NCBI GenBank assembly: GCA_963783375.1
Contig: CAWANH010000029.1
Coordinates: forward strand, 128,001 to 192,000
DNA length: 64,000 nt
Reading direction: 5' to 3'
Source: Candidatus Eiseniibacteriota bacterium
GTDB taxonomy: Bacteria > Eisenbacteria > RBG-16-71-46 > JABDJR01
The notes beneath the pieces are model-generated. The model made no database searches. It was not told where the DNA came from and worked only from the letters and a program-made list of their open reading frames with translations. The position numbers and the translations under genes were made by a program. Positions 62,545-64,000 of the stretch are shown piece after piece. Within the stretch, counting starts at the first letter, position 1. Each line of letters begins with the position of its first letter.

Positions 62545-63022
62545 GCAACTTCGAGGCGCTTTGACTGTGGTCGGGGTGTGTCTGGCCGCCGGCACCGTCT
62601 TTGCGGCGCCGCCGGCGTCGGACGCGGCCGGAACCGCCGGGAAACCGTCGGTGACCGCGCCCACGCCGCCCGGCGACGATCTCCTGATCAGCCGGGAGCA
62701 CTACTTCTACTCCAGCTTCGCCCGGCGCGACCCTTTCGCCTCCCTCCTGAAGGGGAAGTTCGCCAGCACCGGCGAGGGTGAACTCCTGGACGTGGGAGAG
62801 ATGACCCTGGTTGGGGTGGTCTGGGGTGAGAACGACAAGTTCGCGGTGGTGCAGGACAAGCGGAACAACGTCCATACCATGAGGGTGGGCGACCGGGTCG
62901 TGAACGGCAAGGTGATCGACATCACCCGGACCACTCTGACCGTCCAGCACTATTTCTTCGGAGAGACGGCCAACGTCACGATCCATATCAGCGAAGGAGA
63001 CGGTGACAATGAGACACGGTAA
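62534..63022 (+). CDS. pilP: PilP-like protein (no obvious lipobox)
   Basis: Y....RRDPF.SL, L.GVVW, A.VQD, MRVGD...NGKV..I; located between pilO and pilQ. Confidence 0.8.
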   Translation: MWARQLRGALTVVGVCLAAGTVFAAPPASDAAGTAGKPSVTAPTPPGDDLLISREHYFYSSFARRDPFASLLKGKFASTGEGELLDVGEMTLVGVVWGENDKFAVVQDKRNNVHTMRVGDRVVNGKVIDITRTTLTVQHYFFGETANVTIHISEGDGDNETR

Positions 63023-64000
63023 GTTGAGCGCTGCGGCACGCACCGCCGCCCTCTGTCTGTTCGGAGTGGCGATCTTCGCGGGATGGTCCGCCGCCGCGAC
63101 GTTGACGGGGATGTCGGTGTCCGCCGATGGCGAGGTGACACGGATCCACGTATCGCTCGATGAGCCCGTGGAATTCAGTCACTTCACCGTAAAGGACCCG
63201 GCCCGCCTCTACGTGGATTGCCGCGGGGTGGACCAGATCGGCATGGAAAGCCTGCCCCAGGGCGAAGGCCTGGCCGGCCCGATCGAGGCCAGCATCTGGA
63301 AGGGTGACACCGAGCACACCCTGACCCGGATCGCGATCGACCTCGAGAAGTCGGTGACGTCCGAGGTGCGGCAGGTGGACGACGGTCTCCTCATCACCCT
63401 CCGGCCCAAGTCGGGGGATGAGTGGACCCTGGGGGCGGTCCCCGAGGCCCAGCCGGAGGCGGCCGAGAAGAAAGCCGATCTGACCCCGGCCGAGGAGAAG
63501 TTCGAGTACGCGATGCCCACCCGGCCGGACTACGCGTCCGGCTACGTGCGCACCGAGCCCACGGTGACCAGCTTCGGCGAAGCCGAGACGAAGGGTCTCG
63601 CCGGCCGGGGCGGGGCGCGGGTGAGCCTGGACATCCAGGGCGCCGACATCTACACCGTGCTACGGAGCATTTCCGAGTACGCGGGCGTGAACATCGTCAT
63701 GGGCTACGACGTGAAGCAGAAGGTGAAGGAGCCCCTCTCCTTCCATCTGGAGAGCGTGCCCTGGGGCGAGGCCCTGGAGATGGTGCTCCGGAGCGCCCAC
63801 CTCTGGTACAGCGAGAACAACGGCATCATTCGGGTGGACACCGAAGAGAACCTCCGCAAGGAGGATCTCGACCGGGGAAGCGCCGCCCGTCAGATGGAGC
63901 AGGTGATGCCGCTCACCACCCGCATCGTCCAGGTGGTCTACGCCAACGCGGACGAGCTCAAGGGCGCGGTGGAGAAATCCCTCACCAAGCGGGGGATGAT
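63009..64000 (+). CDS. pilQ: Type IV pilus secretin (3' truncated)
   Basis: Read by hand from ATG 63009: signal peptide, AMIN domain (F.VKDPARLYVD), then VSLDIQGADI..VLR.I..YAGVNIV and VPW.EAL N0 domain. Confidence 0.9.
   Translation, partial: MRHGKLSAAARTAALCLFGVAIFAGWSAAATLTGMSVSADGEVTRIHVSLDEPVEFSHFTVKDPARLYVDCRGVDQIGMESLPQGEGLAGPIEASIWKGDTEHTLTRIAIDLEKSVTSEVRQVDDGLLITLRPKSGDEWTLGAVPEAQPEAAEKKADLTPAEEKFEYAMPTRPDYASGYVRTEPTVTSFGEAETKGLAGRGGARVSLDIQGADIYTVLRSISEYAGVNIVMGYDVKQKVKEPLSFHLESVPWGEALEMVLRSAHLWYSENNGIIRVDTEENLRKEDLDRGSAARQMEQVMPLTTRIVQVVYANADELKGAVEKSLTKRGM

Overview
High-GC bacterial chromosomal window, nearly all genes on the + strand. I found no rRNA, tRNA, CRISPR array or mobile element. 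Gene content (PorU/PorV-like proteins, FlgD/T9SS-type C-terminal domains) suggests an FCB-superphylum organism such as Ca. Eisenbacteria or Krumholzibacteriota; this is inference. It has four blocks. (1) 1-8.5 kb: CTD-bearing FG-GAP protein, FN3 lipoprotein, M23 peptidase, dnaE-accA. (2) 8.7-25.2 kb: an operon-like outer-membrane secretion/sorting cluster (PorU-like C25 sortase, PorV-like barrel, M6 protease cargo, two paralogous membrane proteins, NHL lipoprotein, large barrel with SprA-like motifs, Omp85 protein). (3) 25-39 kb: TIMP-like/HEAT protein, ligA, DinG helicase, hutU-hutI, SgmX-like TPR protein, PHP protein, and an apparent ECF S-component/outer-membrane-barrel fusion. (4) 39-64 kb: comEA plus a Myxococcus/Geobacter-style type IVa pilus locus (pilBTC-pilSR-pilA-ABC/TPR-pilD-minor pilins-two GT-C glycosyltransferases-pilMNOPQ). 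The most striking hidden signal is a sigma28 (FliA/WhiG)-like promoter motif, TCAAG-N13-15-GCCGATAA-like, found at eight intergenic sites and preceding nearly every pilus transcription unit, layered on sigma54 promoters at pilA and the minor pilins. Also notable is a PilW-type pilin fused through a (GT)14 linker to a 7-repeat FG-GAP propeller, in a locus lacking pilY1. Five genes carry single-base frameshifts at G/C runs, most likely long-read sequencing errors.
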